From a virus: a stretch of 64,000 nt of DNA. Below the pieces are notes generated by a model. That model did not search any database and had not been told where the DNA came from. It saw only the letters and a program-made list of their open reading frames with translations. Shown in pieces: positions 6,437 through 16,343 of this stretch (its first letter is position 1; every line of letters starts with the position of its first letter). The stretch lies in the IMG/VR virus record IMGVR_UViG_3300045988_150584; one strand, 5' to 3'. Both the position numbers and the translations under genes were made by a program.

Positions 6437-9133
6437 TCATGCGACGCTCCGCTGACGTCGTTTCTTCTCACGCTCATAATTGCGAATATGGATAGCCTGA
6501 CAGTCATTGCAGCGTTTCTTGTTCTTCACGATGCCGTCTACCTCAAACTCTTTTCCGCAATCAATACACCGCAATTTCTTTTTGCCGAGTGGATGATATC
6601 CAGAGCAATTCGTACACACTTTCTGCTGCGGGGAAAGCGGAACGAAACGCTCTCCGCATTTTTTGCACTGAATAGAGCCATCTGGAATATTTCGCTTGAG
6701 ATTCTCCAGAACGATATCGCCAAAGCACATCCAAAAAACATTTTTCCTACGACTATTCTTGCTATGAAATAGATATTTCACAAGAATGTCGCAAACATCC
6801 AAACGCTCAAGGCCAAGCTCATCGAATTGCTTCAAGATATTATCCCGAATATACGCAAAGTTCGAGTCATCGTCATAAAAGCTAATTGAATAACGATACT
6901 GTTTTTCCACATCATTATACAAATCCGTCACAGGTAATAAAAGTTCAATCTGTTTCATCGGATTACTAAGCATATACTGATATCTGAAGACACCAATATT
7001 CTTCGCGGCAAAAGACATCCGCTTATTAGGGACGATATGTTCAAGCTGGTTTACAACACTATTGTTCGTTCGCTGAACCTGAGATTTTGTTTTCTTTTTA
7101 GCGTGGATAAAAAAATGCGGTGCTTTCATGCTTGTAATTCTCGCAAGACGAGCATTGATTTCATCTGGTCGAGTTGGCTTATACAATGTCTTGGCATAGT
7201 CGATACAAAAGTTGTTCTCCATACAAAGGATTTTAATTGCTTCTATATCAACATCCGCACCGTTCCAAATCTTCGTAATATCATTACTAATAACACCGAT
7301 ATTACCGCCAGTCCATGCGGCGCGAAGCCCTTTGAAGATTTCCTCTGGTGTAATCGTAACAGCGCCGGCTTTTGCCATTTCGTAATATAAAGGAACAACC
7401 CCTTCCATATTGCGCTCAGCAATAGCCACGAGTAAGGAATCTGCGCATACAAGACTTTTATCTCCATCGCAATCAAATTGCAGGATCTTTGAAATTAAGT
7501 CATGGCAGCTCGTATAGATAGCATTTTGAGAAAACCACTTTTTCGTTGCGCTGGTAACAACATTTTTACGAATAGCATGTTCACGATATAGGTGCGGTGA
7601 GCGTAGACAGTCCAATTTACTTACCGTGCGATAAAGGTAACAAGATACCTCTCCATCTGCAAGCAGACCAACAGGACTGCGATTTCCAAGAAACAGCCAT
7701 TCACAAAAAGCATAGAGATCCGGAATCAAGAACATATACTTTGCGCTTAAATCAATCTTTGCCGCTCTCGCCTCAGTAACAAGATTCTTCTTGATTTGCC
7801 GTAGCATCTCTTTTGTGTACGGATCGGAAAGTAATTCCGGATAGATACTAAGACACTCCTGAAAAGCATTCTTATTGCGATACTGTGTAGAAGCTCCGAA
7901 CACATCAAGCATGGTATTCTTATCCGATGCAATTTTAGCAATTTTGTCAATCGTCTTTCCCGCGAGCTGTTCAAGTTCATCGGGACTCAAATCCGTAAGA
8001 GTCTGAAGCATTTGGTAGTTAAGCTTTGCGTCAGGGATAAAATCCTCTTCCTCATTACACTTACCGACAGTGCAGCCATTCGCCAAAAACAAATCAATGT
8101 ATTCCTGCCAACTCGTGTAATACTTGTACATCTTAAATTGACTTTTCGTAAAAATGACCTGAATATCCTCCGCGATTACATCATGTTCAAACCCATAGAT
8201 ATCTGTTACCAAACCATGATTTACAGACGGATCGCGTTCGTTTGCTTCCGAAATAAACTTATCAAACGGGAATACGGCAAGAAGCCCTTTTACCCAAGGA
8301 AGACGAACCATAGTATTCTTTGCATTACAAGAGGGAAGAACCATTCCACAACCATCCGTATGTGTAATCGGAATTTCCATGTCCCTACGCTCTACACTGT
8401 ATGTTTTGTGATCAATAAAATCAACAGTTCCACGAACCATTGTTTCCATATCATCCACAACGATGGTCTTTCTGATATCGAAATCTTCCCACAAATCAGT
8501 TGCGCTATTACACAGTGCAAGATACGCCAGGTACTTATTGATATTGATTCCGCCAAGCTCGTTGATTTTTTGAACGCTCAGTCCACACATAATGGTTTTT
8601 TGATACTTCTCCCAAACTCTTTCCTTAATGAAAACTGTTTTCTTTGTTCTGATCTGCCCAGCAGATGCCGTAAAACAAATATAACGCTCTCCGTTAAAGG
8701 TATATCCGTTTAGGATGAGATCTTCAATTACATCAAAATAATATGTGCGAATAACCATGAAATCGTCATACAGTTTTCCTGTTTCCATGCCGAGTGTTCT
8801 TGTAAGCATCGACTCAAAAACAGAAATCACATTCTTATCAACCACATATTCAGTTCGTAACTCGCGCTGCGAACGGTGTGCTTGAAGAAGCGATACAAGC
8901 TCAGACTTCTTAATCTTAATCATTTGGTTTGTACCACGAATTTCTTTCGCAATCTGTTTTACACGGGAATTATCCATCGCAACAGGAATCGGATCTGACT
9001 TTCCCATGCCATACAATTTACGAAACTGAGACTCAGCTTTCTCCCTGGCTATTTCTCCAGCACATAGCTGCTTAATAATTTCTCGCTCTGATTTTAATTT
9101 CGATTTTGAAGAACAATGCTTATTGATCTCCAC
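6437..9133 (-). CDS. YonO / RdRP-like two-barrel single-subunit RNA polymerase candidate with C-terminal Zn-ribbons
   Basis: - 898 aa, with motifs in the order seen in eukaryotic RdRPs and phage YonO-type enzymes.
- YICFTASAGQIRTKK (SxSQLR-like), THTDGCGMVLPS (DGxGxxS), VRLPWVKGLL (RxxxxKGxL), CLRSPHLYREH (RxPxxH) and QFDCDGDKS (DxDGD metal-binding loop).
- Four CxxC pairs at the C-terminus.
- The GTG start at 9133 is uncertain. The frame stays open and protein-like up to an AAGGAG-N9-ATT at 9211. Confidence 0.7.
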   Translation of the reverse strand: MEINKHCSSKSKLKSEREIIKQLCAGEIAREKAESQFRKLYGMGKSDPIPVAMDNSRVKQIAKEIRGTNQMIKIKKSELVSLLQAHRSQRELRTEYVVDKNVISVFESMLTRTLGMETGKLYDDFMVIRTYYFDVIEDLILNGYTFNGERYICFTASAGQIRTKKTVFIKERVWEKYQKTIMCGLSVQKINELGGININKYLAYLALCNSATDLWEDFDIRKTIVVDDMETMVRGTVDFIDHKTYSVERRDMEIPITHTDGCGMVLPSCNAKNTMVRLPWVKGLLAVFPFDKFISEANERDPSVNHGLVTDIYGFEHDVIAEDIQVIFTKSQFKMYKYYTSWQEYIDLFLANGCTVGKCNEEEDFIPDAKLNYQMLQTLTDLSPDELEQLAGKTIDKIAKIASDKNTMLDVFGASTQYRNKNAFQECLSIYPELLSDPYTKEMLRQIKKNLVTEARAAKIDLSAKYMFLIPDLYAFCEWLFLGNRSPVGLLADGEVSCYLYRTVSKLDCLRSPHLYREHAIRKNVVTSATKKWFSQNAIYTSCHDLISKILQFDCDGDKSLVCADSLLVAIAERNMEGVVPLYYEMAKAGAVTITPEEIFKGLRAAWTGGNIGVISNDITKIWNGADVDIEAIKILCMENNFCIDYAKTLYKPTRPDEINARLARITSMKAPHFFIHAKKKTKSQVQRTNNSVVNQLEHIVPNKRMSFAAKNIGVFRYQYMLSNPMKQIELLLPVTDLYNDVEKQYRYSISFYDDDSNFAYIRDNILKQFDELGLERLDVCDILVKYLFHSKNSRRKNVFWMCFGDIVLENLKRNIPDGSIQCKKCGERFVPLSPQQKVCTNCSGYHPLGKKKLRCIDCGKEFEVDGIVKNKKRCNDCQAIHIRNYEREKKRRQRSVA

Positions 9134-9230
9134 CTCAAGCGCCTTTTCTTCATCAGTATAAAATGCACTCGTATCAAAACTATAAATATGAATTTGCCGA
9201 TCAAGACTAATGGCTAATCACTCCTTGCCG

Positions 9231-9578
9231 TTATTCATTAACCCTTTGTAAATCGCCAGTCCAGAAAAGCCAGCCATCTGGATCTTCTTTCAAGGCAACA
9301 ACTGAGTTCAGCTTTTGAACCGAAGCAGATCTATCATACTGCACAGTAAAGATGTCTCCTGCATGAGTCTCTACAAAATCACGATAGCGCTTAGACAAAC
9401 GCAAATAATCCGGATGTTTCATGATCTGTTCAATATTCAATCGAACCAAATCACCCTCACGCAAATCCTGCGGAGCAGAACCGCGATTCCGCATAGAAAT
9501 GTACATCTCTGCCAAACTATGAGAAATACCCTTCTTCTTTGCCAGACTCCTAAACTTTCTTGTTTGTGATCTGTTCAT
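9231..9578 (-). CDS. hypothetical protein
   Basis: Start MNRSQTRKF follows AGAGG and overlaps the upstream stop (TGATATG). Confidence 0.55.
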   Translation of the reverse strand: MNRSQTRKFRSLAKKKGISHSLAEMYISMRNRGSAPQDLREGDLVRLNIEQIMKHPDYLRLSKRYRDFVETHAGDIFTVQYDRSASVQKLNSVVALKEDPDGWLFWTGDLQRVNE

Positions 9579-9579
9579 A

Positions 9580-10128
9580 TCAACCTCTTGCCGCGATATA
9601 GCTATCAAGCAAATCAAGAATCTCTTCTACAAGAGACACCCAATTCGGATCAATCTTAATTTCATCCTTGTGATTTCGGTAATACTCAGGAGCAGAATCG
9701 CCCTTAACATACCCCATGGCCTGCCAATCACAAATCATTTCCAAATACGCACAGATTTTTGTATCAACATCATAATAGGACATGAAGTCTCCATTACTGT
9801 CAATCCAATACTGCCAGTGATGGTCGTTGATATGATAGTGGCGCTCCCATGCCCGTTCAAAAGCAGCGTCATCAATCACTTCGCCAGCAACAGGATAAAA
9901 ATGCTGACGATATGGCAAAAATTCTTCCTCAGACATCTTACTATCATCGTGATTGCGGATACGCCATTCCATCTCATCAAGAATTTTAGGGCGTTGGAAT
10001 AAATCAATTCCATTTAAGGCATCACGCAATTCCAGCCATGCCTTCTTAATATTTTCCTTGTGCTGAGCAATGTAATTCATATACTCAGTTGTTTTTTCTA
10101 ATAACTCTGTCTTATTAAACTCGTTCAT
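9580..10128 (-). CDS. hypothetical protein with an HDDSK..E motif (DUF5662-like)
   Basis: 182 aa with RNHDDSKMSEEE and His-rich HYHINDHHWQYW. The family assignment is from memory only. Confidence 0.4.
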   Translation of the reverse strand: MNEFNKTELLEKTTEYMNYIAQHKENIKKAWLELRDALNGIDLFQRPKILDEMEWRIRNHDDSKMSEEEFLPYRQHFYPVAGEVIDDAAFERAWERHYHINDHHWQYWIDSNGDFMSYYDVDTKICAYLEMICDWQAMGYVKGDSAPEYYRNHKDEIKIDPNWVSLVEEILDLLDSYIAARG

Positions 10129-10136
10129 ATTTTCTC

Positions 10137-11303
10137 CTATGATCTGTACATCTTTCTAATTCTAATGATATTCTTTCCGAGCAATTCGGCAGCGCGAGTT
10201 ACTTCTTCGACCGTCGTATTCCATCCAAACGAAACTCTAATTGTAGATTTTGCCTGCGTATAATTCCGACCAATAGCTCTCAAAACATGACTCGGCTCTA
10301 AACTGCCAGCAGAGCAAGCAGAAGCAGCAGAAATACATACACCGTCCGAATTCATCAGATGAAGAATAGCCTCAGATTCAACATCATTTATGGTGATACT
10401 CAAAATACTGCTTAGCTGATACGATTTCTCATAATGCTCATTGATTCTAATTCCCTCATCGCATACAGAGTACAGCTCTTTCAAAAATGCTTCCCGTAGC
10501 ACTAATGCGTCACGAGAAAATTCGTTTGGCGTTGAAAACTTTGCTGCAGTACCAAGCGCCACAATACCCGCTACATTCTCTGTGCCAGCTCTCACACCAA
10601 ATTCTTGCCCACCACCATATATAATCGGTTCAATATGCTTTTTAAGGCCACCGCGAACATACAAAGCTCCAACACCAATTGGCGCACCGAACTTATGCCC
10701 ACTAATAGACAGCATATCAACGCCGCAAGAATTCACATTGACATCAATATGACCAACTGCCTGCACTGCATCCGTATGAAATACCGCGCCATAATAATTA
10801 CAAAGATCTGCAATGCTTTTTACATCCTGAATAACACCAATCTCGTTATTCACCCACATGACAGACACAAGACCCACATTGTCTTCTTTGAGATATTTTT
10901 CAAGCTCAAATAAATCAACCTGTCCATATGTATCAACAGAAAGCGGCTTTACAACTATTCCAAGGCGCGTCAGTAAATTGCGTTGGTTCAAAATGGCATG
11001 ATGCTCAATTTTACTAACAAGCATTACATTATGGTTCGTTGCATTTAGAGCAGATGCCATTCCGATAAGCGCCAGATTATCCGACTCAGATCCGCCAGAA
11101 GTAAAAATAATCTCATCTGGGCTATCCGCGCCAATTAGCTTAGACACATCATAACGAGCTTGATAAATGGCTTGATGTGCTTGCCGGCCAGCAGAATGAA
11201 GAGAACTTGGATTTCCGCATTTCCCAACACCATACCAATAGTCCAGAGCTTCACGCACAGGCGGTCGAACGCTCGTTGTCGCTGCATGATCTAAATAAAT
11301 CAT
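10137..11303 (-). CDS. cysteine desulfurase (NifS/IscS-type, class V aminotransferase)
   Basis: MIYLDHAATT.., SGGSESDNLAL, SISGHKFGAPIGVGALYV (PLP-binding lysine), and C-terminal ..SAASACSAGS (catalytic Cys loop). The start follows AAGGAG. Confidence 0.85.
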   Translation of the reverse strand: MIYLDHAATTSVRPPVREALDYWYGVGKCGNPSSLHSAGRQAHQAIYQARYDVSKLIGADSPDEIIFTSGGSESDNLALIGMASALNATNHNVMLVSKIEHHAILNQRNLLTRLGIVVKPLSVDTYGQVDLFELEKYLKEDNVGLVSVMWVNNEIGVIQDVKSIADLCNYYGAVFHTDAVQAVGHIDVNVNSCGVDMLSISGHKFGAPIGVGALYVRGGLKKHIEPIIYGGGQEFGVRAGTENVAGIVALGTAAKFSTPNEFSRDALVLREAFLKELYSVCDEGIRINEHYEKSYQLSSILSITINDVESEAILHLMNSDGVCISAASACSAGSLEPSHVLRAIGRNYTQAKSTIRVSFGWNTTVEEVTRAAELLGKNIIRIRKMYRS

Positions 11304-11383
11304 CTTTTTCTCCTTTATGGGTGGACGGGCTTTGCCCGTCCGCGCCATGCTATCATAAAAATTACACACTAACATTTGAATTG

Positions 11384-11560
11384 TTAGTATATGTCATTCA
11401 CACACTCCGAAAAATAAGCATGTTGATTTTCTTGTAAGATGCTTTCGTAATACGGAATATCTTCCGATTGCTCAATAGGAGTAAAATCATCACATCTTTT
11501 ATCACATAAACACTTGTCAGACCAATAGCATCCATGACAAGTCAAAGCATTGTCGTTCAT
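11384..11560 (-). CDS. small Cys-rich protein (58 aa)
   Basis: ATGA overlap with the upstream stop. Sequence MNDNALTCHGCYWSDKCLCDKRCDDF.. falls below the track's size cutoff. Confidence 0.45.
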   Translation of the reverse strand: MNDNALTCHGCYWSDKCLCDKRCDDFTPIEQSEDIPYYESILQENQHAYFSECVNDIY

Positions 11561-11889
11561 ATTTCATTGTTCCTTTCCTCTGTCACATGCGCATCATCTC
11601 CTAACATCTCCAATCTTTTTAACCTGCCCTTTTCAAGACGCGCTTTGGAGGCGGCAATCTGTGCCTCCGTCATAACTACTTTCTTTTTTGGTTTTACTTT
11701 GAACCATTCTGCTGGAATATGAGCAATCAAACTTCCATCCGGATTCACATGCCGAATCTCCACCTCATCTGGATACTGCTCTTTAAGCTTCCATATCTGA
11801 TTGATCCACTTCGTTTCACTACTAAAAAATGTTGCAATCTTTTCTCCAGCAACATGATCAATAGCTGTTTCTCTAATATCACCCGTCAT
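11557..11889 (-). CDS. hypothetical protein
   Basis: ORF 11557..11898. The ATG (MTGDIRE) after AGGTGA is preferred. Confidence 0.5.
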   Translation of the reverse strand: MTGDIRETAIDHVAGEKIATFFSSETKWINQIWKLKEQYPDEVEIRHVNPDGSLIAHIPAEWFKVKPKKKVVMTEAQIAASKARLEKGRLKRLEMLGDDAHVTEERNNEI

Positions 11890-12088
11890 GTGCTTCACCT
11901 ATATATTCCAGTAGAAATTCTTTGATTTTCCTTTGACACTGAACTTCTGGTTTGGCCGAAAAACTCTGAATCGCACAGCACTTTCCACCACAAACAACAT
12001 CGCACAATGTAAAAATCGGAATTGCAGCCAAAAGACAGGAAACATCGTCTATATCAACTAAATTCTTATTTTTGTTTTCCATTGTCAT
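11879..12088 (-). CDS. hypothetical protein (Cys-rich)
   Basis: 69-aa ORF packed between its neighbours with short overlaps. Confidence 0.45.
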   Translation of the reverse strand: MTMENKNKNLVDIDDVSCLLAAIPIFTLCDVVCGGKCCAIQSFSAKPEVQCQRKIKEFLLEYIGEAHDG

Positions 12089-12638
12089 CCTCTACATAAA
12101 CACATCGGTCAAAATCAAAAACCCAAACAAAAGGATTCTGTTCCCACCCGATCTTAGCTCGTTTCTTCTCTGATAAACCACTGTTCCATTTAGACGCAAA
12201 GGCAAGCTTAGGCGATAAAACACCTGGCAACCAAATACCCTCTCGTTCGATATCATCAAGTGAAATATCATGTAATCGTTCTACGCGAACATCTGTGATT
12301 CTTATAAAATTCCTTGCAGCATCATTTGGCATTTGAACAGACGGTTTCCAGTTGAACAAAAGGTAGCCTTGCGGCGGATCTCTGTCCAAACGATACACAT
12401 ACTTGCCATCAATCATTGCCCATGTTTCTTTTAGAGCAAGAATATCTCCCTTTTCGTATGGCGGCTTAATGACCTTGCGCTCTTCTTCTACATCTTTGGC
12501 ATCCAATAAAAATCCCGCTTCGGTCATTTCTCCACCTAAGATATCTTGCTTATTCATGGCAATGCGAAAACAATGCTTTTCATTTTCAACGATTTGTCTC
12601 AACGCATCGCCATTAAGCCTTATGTACTTCACACTCAT
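12066..12638 (-). CDS. hypothetical protein, ASCH/PUA-like fold suspected
   Basis: MSVKYIRL...WKPSVQMPNDAARNFIRITDVRVERLHDISLDDIEREG resembles phage ASCH-type proteins. This rests on sequence pattern only. Confidence 0.4.
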   Translation of the reverse strand: MSVKYIRLNGDALRQIVENEKHCFRIAMNKQDILGGEMTEAGFLLDAKDVEEERKVIKPPYEKGDILALKETWAMIDGKYVYRLDRDPPQGYLLFNWKPSVQMPNDAARNFIRITDVRVERLHDISLDDIEREGIWLPGVLSPKLAFASKWNSGLSEKKRAKIGWEQNPFVWVFDFDRCVYVEDDNGKQK

Positions 12639-12658
12639 ATTCGCACCCTGATTCCTCC

Positions 12659-13249
12659 TTATACATGAGTCCATATCTGACCACTGACTATTTTAGAAAT
12701 TAGATTCGCAGATACTCCGTATTGATTTGCTAATTCCTTTCTGTTGCACCTTACACCAGAACCTCTTGGCACATAGTTCATGCGAATTTCTCGCACATCG
12801 TCCTCGGTCAGCTTCGACATACCATTACAGCTTCCAGCATAAGCGCCAAGGTGTGACAGATATCCGAGTTGTGCCGGCACATCATAGTCAATCAATTCAA
12901 GATCAACAGCATGAAAATAATTTTCCTGCCTTGTACACCATTCAAGGTTATCCACCCAATTGTGCTGCTTGCAACCGTCAATATGATTGACAATCTCATA
13001 CCCGATGGGGTTCGGAATAAAAGTCTCAGCAACACACCGATGTATCCTCACATTAAGCCGATGTCCAAACACAGAAATGCAAACCTGCTGATATCCGCCA
13101 GCACCATAACCGCAAGAGTAGAGCTTTCCAGTAATGGCACTTCGTATTCTGCCGAAAGTAGACACCTCAAACCGCCATGAGTAGTCAACGCCCTGATATA
13201 TAGCACCGTGCCATACTTCGTTATCAAAATCCCGAAACACCACAATCAC
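12659..13249 (-). CDS. HNH homing endonuclease (NUMOD4 + HNH_3 type)
   Basis: FEVSTFGRIRS, HRCVAETFIPNP, VNHIDGCKQHNWVDNLEWCTRQEN, and a C-terminal HTH-like tail. Confidence 0.85.
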   Translation of the reverse strand: MIVVFRDFDNEVWHGAIYQGVDYSWRFEVSTFGRIRSAITGKLYSCGYGAGGYQQVCISVFGHRLNVRIHRCVAETFIPNPIGYEIVNHIDGCKQHNWVDNLEWCTRQENYFHAVDLELIDYDVPAQLGYLSHLGAYAGSCNGMSKLTEDDVREIRMNYVPRGSGVRCNRKELANQYGVSANLISKIVSGQIWTHV

Positions 13250-13258
13250 TCCCCAATA

Positions 13259-13501
13259 TTATTGCACCAGAATCTTATCCGCTACGGAGTCGTAATATCG
13301 CGTCCAAAGATGTTGAATGAGGGCTTTTCTATGCGGCTGTTCCAAACGATCAAGCACATCAAGTAGCTCTTTAATTGCCGTGTCATTCTTCTCAACGATA
13401 CTCAAAACACGCCACACTTCGATTCCAAATTCGTTTCCGTAATTCTTTTGCAGTTCAGCCGGCAAAGTCTGCTTAGCAACTCGTTCACTAATATTACCCA
13501 T
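13259..13501 (-). CDS. hypothetical protein
   Basis: ATG (MGNISERV) overlaps the upstream stop by 8 nt. Confidence 0.45.
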   Translation of the reverse strand: MGNISERVAKQTLPAELQKNYGNEFGIEVWRVLSIVEKNDTAIKELLDVLDRLEQPHRKALIQHLWTRYYDSVADKILVQ

Positions 13502-13763
13502 TGGTTTCACCAGAGTCTTTCGGAGTAAAACCATTGCAATTACGCAGCCATATAGGATCGAAATTGACAGGCCACATGAACCAGCCGCTCACAACACCAT
13601 GCTTCTCAGCACGAATGTCCAGCTTTGCAGCTTGAAGAAAATTTGCCGACTCAAACATTGAAAATAAATTTGTATCGTTTCCAGGATAGTGACAACAGCT
13701 ATGCGCGTCGCCTGGGACATCACCTCTGTATTTGCACTTATAACACATTCCTAATTCATACAT
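13494..13763 (-). CDS. hypothetical Cys-rich protein
   Basis: 89 aa, CYKCKYRGDVPGDAHSCCHYPG. Confidence 0.5.
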   Translation of the reverse strand: MYELGMCYKCKYRGDVPGDAHSCCHYPGNDTNLFSMFESANFLQAAKLDIRAEKHGVVSGWFMWPVNFDPIWLRNCNGFTPKDSGETNG

Positions 13764-14040
13764 GATCTTTCACCTCACGAGAAGATTGCCTAAGCCGCTC
13801 AATAGCCCTACGCAATCTTAAATTTTCTTTTTCAAGCTCGTGAAGCTGAACATCATAACTGACAACAGATCCCGCAAGCTCCATATTTTGCTCTATCAGG
13901 TCTTCAGCTCTGGTACGAACCAAAGCAACAAAGACACACGCATTACAATCTTCATCCCACCACGCACACTGTTCACCAATACACTTTGATCCAACGCCGC
14001 CCCTGATAGAAGCAAGTGGGCAATATTTCTCATTTTCCAC
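13756..14040 (-). CDS. hypothetical protein (Cys cluster plus coiled coil)
   Basis: ORF 13756..14058. The GTG after GGGAGG is preferred. Confidence 0.45.
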   Translation of the reverse strand: MENEKYCPLASIRGGVGSKCIGEQCAWWDEDCNACVFVALVRTRAEDLIEQNMELAGSVVSYDVQLHELEKENLRLRRAIERLRQSSREVKDHV

Positions 14041-14042
14041 GC

Positions 14043-14498
14043 TTAATAAACCTCCCACTTATAATCAAAACAGCGCCGATAGCCACCTTTGCCAGCACCA
14101 CCGACCTTTCCTCTCCGGATCAGACGATTTGAATAATTGCGGTAATACTTCTTAGCTTTTGAATTCTTAGGATAGACGATATAAGCACCTTTGCGATGCC
14201 AGATATCACGCACATAGCATCCTTCAATAGCCCGCATCAAATCATTGCGCTTTTTCACGCGCATTTTTCTTCGATACACCTTACCAGTCTTGCGCTTTCC
14301 GGTTCGTTCAAAATTATCTTTCTGGCAGAAAGCATCCCCACAATACCCACCAACAAAGAAAGGAAAATCAACCTTATCACACCCGCAATGGTCATACTGA
14401 AAAACACCAGCCTCATCAGCGTTGCGATATCTTCTTTCCACATCTTCTGAAATAGGGCATTCGTCACAGCAGAAATAGGCAGATCCAACATCAATCAT
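14043..14498 (-). CDS. hypothetical protein (Cys-rich N-terminus, basic C-terminus)
   Basis: 151-aa ORF, tightly packed. Confidence 0.5.
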   Translation of the reverse strand: MIDVGSAYFCCDECPISEDVERRYRNADEAGVFQYDHCGCDKVDFPFFVGGYCGDAFCQKDNFERTGKRKTGKVYRRKMRVKKRNDLMRAIEGCYVRDIWHRKGAYIVYPKNSKAKKYYRNYSNRLIRRGKVGGAGKGGYRRCFDYKWEVY

Positions 14499-14942
14499 TC
14501 AACTCACCTCAGCATCGTAATTGCTCCTACGGACTCTCTTTACCATAGCAAAACCATCATCAGTTAGCTTCTTCTCATAACCATAGCGTGTCAGCGCCCG
14601 CTCGTAAAAACGAAACCGACGATGATCCTCACCGTAAACAACGATCTTTGTCTCAAATGTCTCTGATAGAAAGACTTCATTCTCAAATTCGAGAAGTTTA
14701 TCTCTACACCAGATAAGAGCCTCAGCGCCGCAGCGTCCAGTGTACTTCAAAGAAATATTGTTATCCTTGGTCTGATCGAAATAGCCATTTAAGGCTTTCT
14801 TTTTGTCTGCCACCGCAAATACGACATGATACTCGACGGATCTTGACCGGTAGAAGCGATAGAACGCGACCATACAATACTGCCCGTTTGAGAGCCTATG
14901 TCGCTCGTAGTAGCACTCGTTTTCACTGTTCCATGTCATCAT
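14499..14942 (-). CDS. hypothetical protein
   Basis: Start MMTWNSENE overlaps the end of the small membrane ORF. Confidence 0.5.
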   Translation of the reverse strand: MMTWNSENECYYERHRLSNGQYCMVAFYRFYRSRSVEYHVVFAVADKKKALNGYFDQTKDNNISLKYTGRCGAEALIWCRDKLLEFENEVFLSETFETKIVVYGEDHRRFRFYERALTRYGYEKKLTDDGFAMVKRVRRSNYDAEVS

Positions 14943-15099
14943 CTTGATTCTGCGAATGGCAACGTGGGAACGGGCAATTATCACAATCAGTACCGTCGCA
15001 ACGCCCGCCGTCATTTCTAAGTGCGCGAACAATCACATAGCAAATAGCGAAAATAGCAAAAATCAGACCAATAAGAGTCAGTACGTCATCAATTTTCAT
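14923..15099 (-). CDS. small membrane protein with a Cys-rich tail (FeoB-associated Cys-rich-like)
   Basis: MKIDDVLTLIGLIFAIFAICYVIVRALRNDGGRCDGTDCDNCPFPRC.. (58 aa). The ATG directly follows a class-B motif with no SD. Confidence 0.45.
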   Translation of the reverse strand: MKIDDVLTLIGLIFAIFAICYVIVRALRNDGGRCDGTDCDNCPFPRCHSQNQDDDMEQ

Positions 15100-15119
15100 A
15101 TGGTTTAGCTAATTCCTTT
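15098..15119 (-). promoter_or_regulatory. class-B motif copy overlapping a stop codon
   Basis: AAAGGAATTAGCTAAACCATAT. It encodes the ..KGIS* end of the NTPase gene and abuts the next ATG. Confidence 0.5.
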
Positions 15120-16343
15120 ACTCGTTTTTTCAATCCACTCCGTAAGCAAATCCCTCATACGCTTACTTGGCAGATATAAGCTGATTTCTTCACCGTTTCT
15201 AATTGCAGAACGCCAGATCCACTGAATCATAGTTGACAACGCATAATGGTCGTTATCAAAAATTACACCCTTACTCGCGTAATAGTGAACGATATCGCCA
15301 TTCGCAAAAAGATTGATTGGGTAGGCCAACGCCCGACAGTGACTAAATTGGTTGGTTGCCTTTGCATTAAAGACTACCGATGAGTTCCAATAGCCTTTTC
15401 CTCTGATTCGTCCCCAATACTCCTTGTAAGTACCGCACATTCGCTCTTGTGCCGGAATATCACCGCTTCGCTTTTGAAAGTAGTTCATTAAATTGCGGCG
15501 AACCTGATTCACACCATCTGTTTTTGACTTGTACCAGTTCATAGAAAGCGCGTGTTTCATATCGCCAACGCTATTGATTCGCTGACCGTCATCAATATGA
15601 ATCATGTCTTTCAGACGATACACATAATCCGGAACATACTCCGGTTTGTCAGAAAAGATATATCCTCCGCCCTCAGTGCGACGAATGCCGATATTCACAT
15701 ACGGAATGTTGTTGATCTGCATAAACAGATCCATTTCTGAGTTTTTGAACAGATAGGTAAGCACAAACACATCTTCAACAGCTTCCAGCAGCTCTTTTGA
15801 GAAGAGCCAGTACCACACATTTCCGTTCTGCTTTGATTTGTTATAAACCAGTGGTCTTGATGCCATGAGTCGAAACATATGGGAAAATACGCCGCCCTCA
15901 TATGGCTTATCAGTTCTGCGGTATTCGTCCGGAGCAGCCTCATAAACATAGCCGGCATCAATGGCAAGCTGGATATCAGAATAAGCAATCTGCTTATCCG
16001 CCTGCAGCACGGTCACTTCTTCATCAATGATGATGCAGTATCCATTTTCTTTTAGGAGCTGGATCGTCTCTTGGGTATAGTACATAAGACACTGATGTGT
16101 CGATGTAATATTGCGCCCCTGTCGGATCAGCCCCAATGTGTGCATCGCCTTAGAAAAGAAATATTCGGGGAGTCTGTCACTCGGCTCAACAAAATCTGCT
16201 TGAGGGCAGTTGTTCTTAATTCTTTCCGCTTCTGGGAGGTACGGAGTGATATAGAGAAACTTCTTTTCCGGATGAGCATTGATATAGCCAATCGTCGCGC
16301 TGGTCTTTCCGCTGCCCATAATAGCATCACATACTCTGACCAT
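15105..16343 (-). CDS. P-loop NTPase, helicase-like
   Basis: Walker A AIMGSGKTS and Walker B/DExx IIIDEEVTV. 412 aa. Confidence 0.6.
   Translation of the reverse strand: MVRVCDAIMGSGKTSATIGYINAHPEKKFLYITPYLPEAERIKNNCPQADFVEPSDRLPEYFFSKAMHTLGLIRQGRNITSTHQCLMYYTQETIQLLKENGYCIIIDEEVTVLQADKQIAYSDIQLAIDAGYVYEAAPDEYRRTDKPYEGGVFSHMFRLMASRPLVYNKSKQNGNVWYWLFSKELLEAVEDVFVLTYLFKNSEMDLFMQINNIPYVNIGIRRTEGGGYIFSDKPEYVPDYVYRLKDMIHIDDGQRINSVGDMKHALSMNWYKSKTDGVNQVRRNLMNYFQKRSGDIPAQERMCGTYKEYWGRIRGKGYWNSSVVFNAKATNQFSHCRALAYPINLFANGDIVHYYASKGVIFDNDHYALSTMIQWIWRSAIRNGEEISLYLPSKRMRDLLTEWIEKTSKGIS

Noticed and set aside
15142-15180. Class-A-like sequence GTAAGCAAA..GGCAGATATAAG on the plus strand inside the minus-strand NTPase gene.
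   Set aside because: The block spacing is 27 nt rather than the invariant 23 nt, and the second block deviates (GGCAG). It is probably a chance or decayed copy.
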